Assembly (NCBI GenBank): GCA_951406725.2
Contig: OX597827.1
Span: 57,102,001-57,166,000, forward strand
DNA from: Octopus vulgaris
Lineage: Eukaryota
DNA: 64,000 nt
Direction: 5' to 3'
The notes under the pieces were generated by a model. The model searched no databases. It was not told the DNA's origin and saw nothing but the letters and a program-made list of their open reading frames with translations. The first letter of the stretch is position 1, and every line of letters starts with the position of its first letter. Made by a program: the position numbers and the translations under genes. Positions 1 to 12,708 of the stretch are shown here, piece after piece.

Positions 1-79
1 CTATTTTATGATGTACTGTATAAATAATTTACTTGGTCAGGATGATTTGGTAAGTCTTAATAGCTTTCTGTGACGTATA

Positions 80-240
80 GGTGTAGGAGTGGCTGTGTGG
101 TAAGTAGCTTGCTTAAGAACCACATGGTTCCGGGTTCAGTCCCACTATGTGACACCTTGGGCAAGTGTCTTCTACTATAGCCTCGGGTCGACCAAAGCCT
201 TGTGAGTGGATTTGGTAGACGGAAACCGAAAGAAGCCCGT

Positions 241-308
<68 letters not shown>

Positions 309-523
309 TGTGTGTCTGTGTGTCTGTGTTTGTTCCCCCAACATCGCTTGACAACCGATGCTGGTGTGTTTACGTCCCCGTAACTTAGTGGTTCGGCAAA
401 AGAGACCGATAGAATAAGTACTAGGCTTATAAAGAATAAGTCCTGGGATCGATTTGCTGGACTAAAGGCGTTGCTCCAGCATGGCCTTAATCAAATGACT
501 GAAACAAGTAAAAGAGTAAAAGA
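80..523 (+). mobile_element. tRNA-derived SINE family A (CORE-like body, internal TA/TG microsatellite), full length
   Basis: A-box-like TGGCTGTGTGG and B-box-like GGTTCAGTCC, CCTTGGGCAAGT CORE-like motif, GTAAAAGA tail; many near-identical copies in the window. Confidence 0.85.
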
Positions 524-1074
524 GGTTAAAACCAAAAGTTATAAATGTCAATAGAATATGAAATGTAAGATAGCATTCTTCTTGTTGAATAAATAGTAGG
601 CTTTAAAAGATGTACTGGGGTTGTTTTGTCGAGTTGTTCGACTAAAACCTTCACGATGGTTATATTTTATATTTTGAAAATACCCTGTGATTATTGCGAT
701 CACCTCAAAGGTTTAAAGCCTGAACAGACAAGTGAAGAAATCGGTTAATTTGTTCATCGATTCCATTGCTTTAGAATCCTCGCGGAGTCCTCTATGTAAT
801 TCGTTATTTGTTAAAAAAAAACTTCAACGAGTTTTTGTTTAGGATTTAAATCTGCAAATTCAACGCCAAATTATTGATTATCAATCTCAGAGTCGTTGAC
901 ATTTGCTGGTAGATTATATAAGAAACGAAAATAAGAAGCTGTGTTTATAATTAGCAGCTCGCATCATTGTCTTTTATAGAATTAAGAAATCGTTATTAAT
1001 TAAGCGTCAAACAGAACGGTTTTACTTTGATTACATATTTAGAAGTTAGATGCGAAAGAACACGAAGAGGACCT

Positions 1075-1290
1075 ATCAAATACATATAATTCTTTCTAAT
1101 TTTGGTACAACGCCAGCAATTATGGTGGAAGGGTGCAAGTTGATTACATCGACTCCAGTGCCTGATTGGTATTTTATTTTATCGATCCCGAAAGGATAAA
1201 AAGCAAAGTTTATCTTCGCAGGATTTGAACTCAGAACGTAAAGAGAAGGAAGAAACGCCGTTAAACACTTTTTCCCGATGCGCAACCCTG
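1075..1290 (-). mobile_element. SINE family B, diverged copy
   Basis: Matches the TTCTGAGTTCAAAT...CCTTTCGGGATCGATAAAATAA core of the other family B copies. Confidence 0.7.
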
Positions 1291-1429
1291 CTTTTCTTTG
1301 CCTTAGCCCCACAATTCCTTGATGGAATGAAAGGTGCTCCGTCATGTCATACGGCGTATATAGGACAAGTTTAGACTCAAGCGAAGCCCTTTCTTCTTCA
1401 GTATGGCCCCACCTGATTTCTTGTATGTG

Positions 1430-1687
1430 AGTGTGCGTGTGTGTATGTGAATGTGTGAGCGTGCGTGTGTGTGTGTATCTTTTTGTCTATGTTTGTCCCT
1501 CACCACCCTTGGAAAACCGGTATTGCTGTGTTTACGTCCCCTTAACTTAGCAGTTCGGCAAAAGAGACCGATAGAATAACTATCGGGCTTCAAAAGTAAT
1601 GAGGTCGATTCGTTCAACTAAAGTTCCTCAAGGCAGTGCTCCTGTATGGCCGTAGTCTAAGGACAGAGACAAGTAAAAGATAAAAGA
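1430..1687 (+). mobile_element. SINE family A, 3' half
   Basis: TTTACGTCCCC...GTTCGGCAAAAGAGACCGATAGAATAA...ACAAGTAAAAGA matches copy 80-523. Confidence 0.75.
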
Positions 1688-2102
1688 CGAAATTATATAT
1701 ACTCACACACACACATATATATATATATACATACATGTGTGTGTGTGTGTACGTGTGTATACGTATGCTTACATACATGCATACATACACGCACACATAC
1801 ACATATATAAAAGTCACAGATCTTGTTGAAATAGTTATAATGACTATTGGAAATACAAATTAAAAGGAAGCCTTGAGGTCTGAAGGGAAGAAGTTAAAGA
1901 TAAAACGCTCTTCAATGAAATATTTTCACTAAATTTTCTTAATCATGACGTTTCTTTACTAATATAATTCTGATCAAATTCACTTAAAAAGATGGCGAGA
2001 CGATCCCATCACCCCTTCATCTACTTTCAGTTTGAGTGAAAGTTTTCATACAAGTGCTTCTGTCTCCAACAGTAAACTTTTGGATATATATATCAAGATA
2101 TC

Positions 2103-2175
2103 TTCATCCGACGAGAGCGTCCTATGGCTATGTATCACCATATACTTAGGAATATAGCCGGAAACGTAAGATGAA
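2103..2175 (+). ncRNA. degenerate hammerhead ribozyme motif (Penelope-type)
   Basis: TTCATC/GATGAA stem I, CGACGA partial core, GGCTAT/ATAGCC inner stem, GAAACGTA; core one base short. Confidence 0.4.
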
Positions 2176-2529
2176 AGTATTTAATAATAAGTAATCACAA
2201 GTGTGTCTTTTGAAAATCGTTTTTATGAGAAGTCCATGTCTTAACTTACATTCAGTTTCCCCACTCATAAATATACTTACTAAGATATAGGAATTCTTTT
2301 AAATATCTGACGCTCGAAGCTTTTGTATCTGATATACTAGCATTTCTACATTTTCTAATGTTACCAGTTGGTTAATGACAGTATGCATGTTACACATGTA
2401 AGCATATGCCAAACTGTATGCACATATACATATTCATAGTATATAGGTGTTTGTGTGTGAGCACACATGCGTGTATAAGCTCATATGTGTGTTTGTGCGC
2501 AAATATGTACATACAGACTTATTTAGATA

Positions 2530-2820
2530 TATACATACATACATGCATACATACATACATACATACATACATACATACATACATACATACATGCATACAT
2601 ACATACATGCATACATACATACATACATACATACGTACATACATACATACATACATACATACATACATACATACATACATACATACATACATACGTACAT
2701 ACATACATACATACATACATACGTACATACATACATACATACGTACATACATACGTACATACATACATACATACGTACGTACGTACGTACATACATACAT
2801 ACATACATACATACATACAT
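2530..2820. repeat. (TACA)n/(TACG) microsatellite
   Basis: Directly visible tetranucleotide run. Confidence 0.95.
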
Positions 2821-2835
2821 AGGTACGTGCATACT

Positions 2836-3180
2836 GGCGGCGAGCTGGCAGAATCGTTAGAACGCCGGGCGAAATGCGTAGCCGTATTTCGTCTGCCGTT
2901 AAAGTTCTGAGTTCAAATTCCGCCGAGGTCGACTTTGTCTTTCATCCTTTCGGGGGTCGATTAAATAAGTACCAGTTACGCACTGGGGTCGATGTAATCG
3001 ACTTAATGTGTTTGTCTGTCCTTGTTTGTCCAGCAACAGGACCTCCGTAATGCCATGATGGACCGTGAAGTCTGGCGTAGCATGGTAAATTCCATTGTCT
3101 CGACCACGGTCGAACAATGATGAATGATGATGATTGTCCACTCTGTGTTTAGCCCTTTGTGGGTAATAAAGAAATAGGTA
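2836..3180 (+). mobile_element. tRNA-derived SINE family B (Meta/Sauria-like central domain), full length with TSD
   Basis: TGGCAGAATCG A-box-like, GAGTTCAAATT B-box-like, CTTTCATCCTTTCGGGGTCGAT..AATAAGTACCAG domain; ATAGGTACGTGCATACTG repeated at 2819-2836 and 3174-3191. Confidence 0.85.
3033..3133 (+). mobile_element. 5'-truncated 3' end of an RTE-like LINE nested in SINE B
   Basis: Reads QQDLRNAMMDREVWRSMVNSIVSTTVEQ* (RTE-type C-terminal DR..WR), (TGA)n tail, TSD TTGTCCA at 3026-3032 and 3134-3140. Confidence 0.75.
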
Positions 3181-3475
3181 CGTGCATACTGTTGTGGCAA
3201 GAGTCACGACACCCCCTGCGAGAATAGACTGACTGAACAGTAGCGGTCTGAGGGAGAAGAGAATAGACGTTAATCGCAGGAAGTTGTAGGGTGTGGTTTT
3301 AGTAGTTTGTCGGAATACCGTTTGTTGGTTCGTGTATAGTACGCGGAGAGTTTGTTGGATTGTCACGTTGTTGTTACCCTGCTCGTTATATATTTTATGT
3401 TACTACACGGTTATAATGTAAAAAGGTATTTTAATATAATGTAAAAAGGTATCATAACTATTGGCGATACAACGC

Positions 3476-3506
<31 letters not shown>

Positions 3507-3750
3507 CATACATACATACATACATACATACATACATACATACATACATACATACATACATAATCCCGATGCGTAGCACAGTAGAATAAATCTTCATAGC
3601 TTTTGCAGTCTAAATTTGAGCAATGGAGCTTTGTGCTATAAAAGGGAAAATATATGCAAATATAAGGGCATGAATCAGAATAACATAGACATCTAATGCT
3701 ATGTATGTTTTACGTAAGTCCAAGACCCTTGGCTACTGGAGATAAGGTCG

Positions 3751-3806
3751 GACAATTCTCGTGCAGATGAAGGCTGTTGAACCAGAAACACACATCCACA
3801 ATTGTC
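3751..3806 (+). ncRNA. decayed type I hammerhead ribozyme
   Basis: GACAATT-ctc-GTG / CAC-AATTGTC stem I, CAGATGA core (U4A), GG/CC stem II, GAAA-CACACA-TC. Confidence 0.6.
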
Positions 3807-4658
3807 TTTTTATCTCTAGACAGTAAACCTGTCCTTTTCTCGGATGGCATGTCAAGTGAATCTTGAGATTATTGTCCTTTTTCAAGTGGAGCTGGTCATA
3901 AATGGCATTTTGTAGTTATGATACATCCTCAAGAGGTAGAAATAATTTTAATATATCGATAATTTTTGTTTTATGTCCACCACATACACATACACGCGTA
4001 TTATACCGCATTTTATTTGTTGCAAACTACATTCGTTTCATGGTAGGAAGATATCTGGCTTAGCTTAGATGAAACAGTCTCTATCTTACTCCAGCAATCT
4101 TCAGATTTGTTCACAATCCATTATTTGAGAGCGTATGTTTGTTTCGTTTGGGAGTGTCGGTAATTCCGTATTTTAAATCGTAAGCTGCGCCTCTTCTTTG
4201 GCCAGAAATTAACCTAAAACCTAAAAAAAGAAAAAGATCCATCAAATACAGGATTGAATATTTCATGTGTTATATTTACTTAAGTGCTTACGTTTATTTT
4301 TGATGCGTGTGCTTCGGGTTGTTAAGATGTCTAAGTACATTGCCACTTAAAGGTGATAGTTTCTTGATGGTCATAGACTCTGAGTTCGTCTGCTTTTTGG
4401 CAGGTCGTGTTTGTCAGCATGCAGGATGTCCTCCTCAGCAAGTGTTCGGGCTAAATTTCACAGTTTGCATAAAAAGGTTCTTGCACTTGGTAATAATTTC
4501 AGATCTGGAATTAAGCAGAGCAGTGGAATTCTGGGATCTAAAATGAATATGAGATCTTTCTGTTTAACACAAGTCTTAGATTCATTAATATATGGTTTGA
4601 ATTTGTCCATGATTCTCAACTTGATTGTATGTGATGTGAAGTTTCGGGTCTCAGCACA

Positions 4659-4744
<86 letters not shown>

Positions 4745-4769
4745 TAATGAATGCATTTCTTAATATATA

Positions 4770-5690
4770 CGAGGGTCAGCTGAAAATTTCATAGGCTGAC
4801 CAAGATATTCATAGAATGTGAGCAAATGAGGTTTATTTTTCAACATAAGCCCCCTTGCGGTCCACATACTTCTACCATTGGTGTTTTAGTAGTCTGTATC
4901 CTACTGGAGAAGCTTTCGTCCAGTTGGTGAAAAAAGTAATCGACAACACATATAATGCCCTCATCACTGCGATACAGGTTCCCAGCCAAGTGTTTTTTTC
5001 ATATTGAGAAACAGAGAATAGTTTTCCCAGGCGTTTGGTCTTCATAGCCTTTCGTAACTGCCTCAACAAGTTGGCACTGATGGTGTGGGCCATTTTGCAT
5101 CCCCTAAAATGTGGGGCCTTCACCTTCAGATGAAACAACTTTGGTCTTCTTTGGAGCAGGTGAGAGGGGTGTTTCCACTGCATGGATACTCACTTTGTCT
5201 CTGGTTCACAATGATGAACCCAACACTCATTGTGGAAACCAGCTGGAAATGCCAGATTTTCTCGTAATGTGATCATCCTGGTACGCTTTGATCAGGCGTC
5301 GGAAGACTTGTCACTCACTAAACAGAAACCTTCCTGATGCCAAGTTCATTGAGCATAGTATGCTCAACTCTCTCATGTGATATGTCATCCATAATCATGC
5401 AGTGAATACGATCAATGTTTTCCTCGGTAGTAGCAGTTGCAGGACATCCAGACCTTGGGTCATCTTCAAGACTCTCCCTCTCCCTCTTAAATTCAGCTGC
5501 CTACTTTTGCCCTGTTGATAAAACTGGGGCGTCATTTCCTAATGTAGCAACCATATCAACATGAATGTCGTTGGGGTCTAAACCGTTTTTCTGCAGGTAC
5601 AATGTCATATGTTGTCGATTGTCAAGAGAAGTCGCTGTTAGATATCTCTGAAGTTTTCTTTGAACAGTCAGAGGCCACTTTGCCTGAAAA
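4770..5690 (-). mobile_element. mariner transposon relic (transposase pseudogene)
   Basis: TA then CGAGGGTCAGCTGAAA terminus; minus frames give YLQKNGLDPNDIHVDMVATLGNDAP and SLEDDPRSGCP (mariner HTH); stops and frameshifts. Confidence 0.8.
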
Positions 5691-5710
5691 AAAAAAAAAC
5701 AATAGGAAGA

Positions 5711-6075
5711 ATGCGGCGAGCTGGCAGAATCGTTAAGCACGCCAGGCGAAATACTTAGCGGTATTTTATCTGCCGCTACGTTCTGAGTTCAAATTCCGCC
5801 GAGGTCTTCTTTGCCTTTCCTCCTTTCGGGGTCGAATAAATAAGTACTAGTTTCGCACTGGGGTAGATGTAATCGACTTCATCCGTTTGTCCTTCCTTGT
5901 TTGTCCTCTCTGTGTTTAGCGCCTTGTGGGTAGTAAAGAAATTTCGTCTACCGCTACGTTCTGAGTTCAGATTCCGCCGAGGTCGACTTTCCCTTTCATC
6001 CTTTCGGGGTCGATTAAATAAGTACCAGTTACACACTGGGGTCGATATAATCGACTTAATCCGTTTGTCTGTCCT
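5711..6075 (+). mobile_element. SINE family B head-to-tail dimer
   Basis: Full unit to about 5941 followed directly by a unit starting at internal TTTCGTCTACCG. Confidence 0.8.
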
Positions 6076-6153
6076 CTTATATCATTGCTATACAGACAAA
6101 CACACACACGCCCGCCCGCGTGTGTATGCATGTATGCATGCAAAATCTAAGTG

Positions 6154-6213
<60 letters not shown>

Positions 6214-7024
6214 ACAGCGAGAGAGGGAGAGAAAAAAAAGAGAAGGGGACAGGGAGAGCGAGAGGTCGGAAACGAGAAACCCCGCTTCGAATAAATAAAT
6301 AATGTCATTCCACTTTACCTAACAATGTTGAGTACTTCGCTTAATTGCAATTCACACCAGTATGAAACCACCAAACTCTACCCACCACTCACACACACAT
6401 ACGCGCAGACTGGTAACGTGTCGAAAGTTTTAGCAGATAAAGTATTTTCTCGATATACTTCCCGTAAATACGTTTCATCTGCCTTATTAAGTGGTGTTTA
6501 TTTATTCGTATTTAAATGTGTTTGGTACGATATTCATTGTATTTGTTTGACATTCGTTATTCGTTTCATTTATTGTGTTGGATGGTGTTATTAGAATATC
6601 ATTATGGCTTCTGCGTTAAAATTGCTCTCTAATTCCATCCTACCATCCTCTAATGCATCCGGATAACAACTCTGTAGGATATCCTGCTCGGTTTTTGCCT
6701 AATTCAGTATCAAGCAGCATGAAATTGAAGCGTTAATTGAGCCGACATTAATACAGCATTTCTCGACGTTTCATATTTCAACATTTGTGGTTGCATTGTC
6801 GTAGTTCGGATGGAAAAATAGGGGAAGAGGTGTTTGTGATGTCTTTGTACGATGGCACTTTTTAAACGGAATAGACTTACCTCCACAGTCGCAGCCCGAA
6901 TGATCAATAACTCACATACTGATTTAGAAGCTCAACTAGTTAACCAGTTTATAACTACCCCGGAAAAAGAGCAAATAATAATAACGATAACAACAACAAT
7001 AAAATCAAAAAACGACAATAATAA

Positions 7025-7663
7025 TGGTTTCAAATTTTGCCACAAGGGCAGCCATTCGGGTGGGGATGAGTCGATTACATCTACCTCAGTGTTCAACTAG
7101 TACTTATTTTATTGATCCCAAAAAGACGAAAGGTAAAGTGGACCTCGGCGGAATTTGAACTCAGAACGTAACGGCAGACGAAATACCTATTTCTTTACTA
7201 CCCACAAGGGGCTAAACACAGAGAGGACAAACAAGGACAGACAAACGAATTAAGTCGATTATATCGACCCCAGTGCCTATCTGGTACTTATTTAATAGAC
7301 CCCGAAAGGATAAAAGGTAAAGTCGGCCTCAGCGGAATTTGAACTCAGAACGTAACGGCAGCCGAAATACCGCAAAGCATTTCGCCCGGCGTGCTAACAA
7401 TTCTACCAGCTCACTGCCTTTATAATAAAAAATAAAATAATCCTTTCTACTATAGGCACAAGGCCTGAAATCAGGGGCGGGGGGTGGGGGGTGAATAGTC
7501 GATTACATCGACCTCAGTGTTTAACTGGTACTTATTTTATCGACCAGCAAAGGATGAAAGGCAAAGTCGGCCTCGGCAGAATTTGAACTCAGAACGCAAG
7601 GACAGCCGAAATGCTGCTAAGCATTTTGCCTGCCGTGCTAACGACTCTACCAGTTCGCCGCCT
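7025..7663 (-). mobile_element. cluster of SINE family B copies (dimer 7025-7420 plus copy 7441-7663)
   Basis: Three copies of GAAAGG..AAAGTCG.CCTC.GC.GAATTTGAACTCAGAACG with three different 3' tails. Confidence 0.85.
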
Positions 7664-7713
7664 TAAAAATAGTAATAGTAATAATAATAATAATAATAAT
7701 AATGATGATGATG

Positions 7714-7783
<70 letters not shown>

Positions 7784-7785
<2 letters not shown>

Positions 7786-8340
7786 GCCCTGATTCAGTAC
7801 CAGGCAGTGGCTCTCATGGCTTCTGATCTTAACTGATTGGAAGTGTTATCATGTACATTGTTTTGTCTTGGTATAAAAGATGGGCTACAGCAAATATTCT
7901 GCTCAATACCACAGATTTGCTTGTCAGTTGTTTGACCATAACCAGTTGAGCATGTCCCTTAGTGGCTGACGATATGTGCATCTCTGATCACGAGCAGAAG
8001 TAGTGGGGGAGCATCATAGCCATGTGTTGAGAGGGATTCTTTGGGGTTTGAATAATTCACCTCTGGAAACATGGGTGGTTCTTTCAACATCCTTAAACAA
8101 CCCTTCTTCAGGGACCTTTTGAGCGGGATGGGCTACTCAACCTGAAGAAAATTCTAACTGGGCCCCACCTGCAAGGTCATGCGCTGTTTATCTTGATATG
8201 AGATCACCATGTCGCGCACATATGGTTGTGATGCATGTGCCTGGTGTACCCTTATCAGACGGGTAGTCATGATGGGTATATTGGGCTTCGTATATTTTAC
8301 CCCAGTGTCACTTTGATGGCATGCACTGCTCTCTCACTCA
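7784..8340 (+). mobile_element. ~555-bp non-coding retroelement (family C) inserted in (AAT)n
   Basis: Flanked by (AAT)n on both sides; further copies at 18439, 51743 and 52706 share the 3' end GCACTGCTCTCTCAC-. Confidence 0.8.
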
Positions 8341-8361
8341 ATAATAATAATAATAATAATA

Positions 8362-8413
<52 letters not shown>

Positions 8414-8668
8414 GTCCGGAGATATTGGATAAAGTTATCACTTCCTGGTGTGGTTCAACCAACTCTGCGTAGAGACGTTTGAGGTTAGAGATAGGGAAAG
8501 AGATTGTTCGGAGAATTTAGTGGGTATATACGATCAGGCTCCAATGAGGCTGGTGTTGTTCTGCGTTGGCAAGACTTATAATCTGTTGTAAAATCGATAC
8601 AAAGGGTACAGTACATATATACATATATATATGTAAATACATACATACATACGTACATACATACATAC

Positions 8669-8722
<54 letters not shown>

Positions 8723-8749
8723 CATACATATACACACATACATACATAG

Positions 8750-8785
<36 letters not shown>

Positions 8786-9219
8786 GTATACATATATATA
8801 TATATATATATATACTTACACACACATATGCGAACATGCACGCGCACATATTACTTATATATTGGATGTGTCTTTTATTGTAACTCGAGGTCTCACATCC
8901 AGAAAGGCTGAATAATAATTGTCAGACGATAAAAACAAAAACATTCATGGAAAATCTATTGAGTATTGCATAACTAATGAAGAAGGACATGCAGTCGTAT
9001 TTCTGCATGTGCAATTAGCCTCAGTTAATTCAGTTTGTGGTATTAATAGCAACTGTAACTGAGTTTTAGATTAATTCTATTGAATAATTTTCTGTATTGG
9101 CGTTTAATAAAGTTTATTTATGAAGGATATGAAGCTTTAGCAATATTAGACTAAGAAAAGTGGAGTTGCCAACCAGATAATGTTATAACGATCTTAGTTA
9201 GCTTTTAGATGATGGGAAG

Positions 9220-9513
9220 TCAGGGATAAATGTAATCTTGTCTGCAACACCAAGGCCGAGCTGCTGGTGGTCAAGATAAAGGAGGTGTTCGAACAGCTTC
9301 CCGGGGATACAACGAGGAACGCATTCGCCAGGTTCCAGAGCCGTTTTGAGGCCGTGGTGGAAGCTGAGGGCAGATTCTTTGAGCAAACTCTTATCTGCCA
9401 ACCGACATCTAGTTGATATTTTTCAATTTTTATAAATACTTTTATTTTTAGATTAGATATTGTATTTTCTTTTCCTTTTAGGCAAACTGTCAAATTTATT
9501 CAAAGTACCCAGT
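9220..9513 (+). mobile_element. Tc1/mariner transposase 3' fragment
   Basis: NTKAELLVVKIKEVFE and NAFARFQSRFEAVVEAEGRFFE C-terminal motif across a frameshift; ends with CAGTA. Confidence 0.6.
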
Positions 9514-9851
9514 AATAATGTAATGTTAAATTATTTCATAGTATTCTCTATTTACTACTAATTCTTGCTGTTCATTGCTACCTCATTAATTTTCCGTCCA
9601 CCAACTTAATCTAAACTGACCATCACATTTTCACATAGAAACTAACACGTACATATACCCTCACACATATCAGAGCATTCACTAGGGAATATCTTTCAAC
9701 CTCATATCTTAATAACATCCAAAAATGTGACTGGTCTAAAAGTGGCATTGCTATTTACAAGATGAAACATCTTGCAAGATGTAAGTAAACACTGAAATAT
9801 CATATAGCATGATATAATATAATATAATATAATATAATATAATATAATATA

Positions 9852-9921
<70 letters not shown>

Positions 9922-9924
<3 letters not shown>

Positions 9925-10750
9925 GCAACAAATTAAAAGACCAGGAAGCATCAAGGCGGTGGCTTAACAAGGATGACCTAAAAAAGAGTACTGAAAGCCT
10001 AAACATCACTGCGCAGGACCAGGCATTAAATACCAACTCAGTGAAAAAGAATATTTACCACACAAGTACCATAGACCTCTGCAGAATGTGTGGGAAGAGG
10101 GTCGAAAACGCGACTCAGATTGTTTGTGCTTGTGAAAGTCTTGCGCAGAAAGAGTACAAGCGTAGACACGACAAGGTAGTCCAAAACCTTCACTGGCTAC
10201 TATGCCGTAAGTATGGATATGAGGTTACGGTGTTTCGTACCAACACACACCGGAAAAGGTAATGGGCGAAATGGGGAAGGCAAAAATCCTCTGGGACTTT
10301 GACTTCCAGACAGACATGGCATCAGAGCACAGAAGGCCGGATATAGTAACCGTTAGGAGGGAGAAACAAGAGTGCCTAATAATTGACATGGCAGTGCCAG
10401 GAGATCAACATATCATTATGAAAGAAAGAGTAAAGGTTAATAAATATGGAAACATGAAAAATGAGATCGCTAAGATGTGGCAGCTACGAGAGTCAGACAT
10501 AAAAGATATTTCTGTTCTCATCTGAGCGTTGGGTTCAATACCACCCAATCTGAAAAAGCATCTGAAAACTTTAGAAATACTCTACAATCTAGATGTATTG
10601 CAAAAGTTGACATTGCTTGGAACTGAACGCATATTGCATAAAGCACTATCTGTCTGAGGTCCCTCGTGACTTGACAAACAGTACGAATCCCCGGTAGACA
10701 CAATATCTTCAATCAACAACCTCACGATATTGTATGTTGTTCGAAGTCTA
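9922..10750 (+). mobile_element. 5'-truncated R4/Dong-like non-LTR retrotransposon (zinc knuckle + restriction-like endonuclease)
   Basis: AQDQALNT, CRMC..EN.TQIVCAC, YKRRHD, WDF..QTD...HRRPDI, IIDMAVPGD, KY motifs; frameshift near 10260; (AAT)n on the left and (AAC)/(AAT)n on the right. Confidence 0.9.
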
Positions 10751-10751
10751 T

Positions 10752-10816
<65 letters not shown>

Positions 10817-10876
10817 TGATAATAATGATGATGATGATGATGATGATAATAAAAATAATAATATAGTAATATTATT

Positions 10877-10947
<71 letters not shown>

Positions 10948-10973
10948 CAATGATGATGATGATGATGATGATG

Positions 10974-11032
<59 letters not shown>

Positions 11033-11038
11033 TAATAA
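10750..11038. repeat. (AAC)n/(AAT)n/(GAT)n compound microsatellite
   Basis: Directly visible. Confidence 0.95.
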
Positions 11039-11356
11039 TTTATAAGATAGCTCAGCTGCTTCTTGAATACTTGTATTTCGTGCTCTGCTTAAGTTGCCTC
11101 ATTTTACAGGCAGTTGATTTTGTCTATGATCTAGCTCTGTGGTCGATAAAAAAACATACCAGACAAAGCACTGGGGTCGATATAATTGACTAAAACTTAT
11201 TAAAGACGGTGTTCCAGTGTCCCAGTATTCCCACACTTCTATCACCGAAACCAGTTAACGAATATGTACACACACACACACACGCACAAACATATGCGTA
11301 TACATACATCCATATACACACACACACATATATACATACATACATATATATATACA

Positions 11357-11419
<63 letters not shown>

Positions 11420-11757
11420 ACATACATACATATATATATACATACATATATGTACGAATATATATGTATGTTTGCATATGCGTGAGAATACGTATGTGTA
11501 ATATGTACATGTATATATTCATATATATGTATGCGTGTGTGTGTATATACATACATACATACATACATACATGCATACATATATATATACACACACATAG
11601 ATATATACATGCATATATACATAAGCACCAACACATTCATATACGTAGTCGTGTTTACGTATATTCGCTATAAACTTTTTTAACTTTTCATATGCATTTT
11701 AAATTTCATATTCATATATATAAAATAAAACAACATAATATTTTTAATTTATTATTA

Positions 11758-11791
<34 letters not shown>

Positions 11792-11814
11792 CATTATTAT
11801 TATTATTATTATCA

Positions 11815-11897
<83 letters not shown>

Positions 11898-12708
11898 TTT
11901 CTTTAGCTCTTTTAATGCCACGAACGTCCTTGGGGAATTTTCGATTGCTGCAGTTCTGCAACTTAGCAAAGAGATAAATTCTATGACTTTATTTCTGTAT
12001 GTGTTTCCATAATTTATTAAATCGTTCATTTTAGTTTATTTTTTTCACTTCTTTTTTTATCTAATATATTTAATTATATATTTTTAATGCCAAATCCAAT
12101 ATTATTTCTGTTTTCTCGGTAACATTTAGGATTAGTCTGTTTCGTATTAATTCGAATGCTTGTTACAAGTGTTCGGGTTTTTTTGGAGAATGGTAAGGAA
12201 TAGTTGTGTGTGCGTGTATGATGAGTTCGTGTGTTTGTGTATGCGCGTGTGCGTTTGTGTATAAATATTGGAATGCTGATCTGCCTTCAAAAAAGCATAG
12301 TTGACGAGATGTTTTCAAATATATAAACATATCAAACTATATCATTTCATTTATACCATTTTTTCCTTCCTACACATTCCTACGTACGCATGTATGTATG
12401 CTTGTCTGCATGTATGTATGTATGTATGTATGTATGTATGTATGTATGTATGTATGTATGTATGTATGTATGTATGTATGTGTGTATGTATGTATGTATG
12501 TATGTATGTATGTATGCATGTATATATGTATGTATGTATATATGTATGTAGGCATGTATATATGCATGCGTGTGTGTATATATGTACGTATGCGTACATG
12601 TATATGAATGTATGTGTGTGTGTATATATATATGTGTATGAATGTAAGCATGTATGCATGTATCTGTGCATATGTACATGTATTATGTGTAGAGTAATCG
12701 TTAGAATG

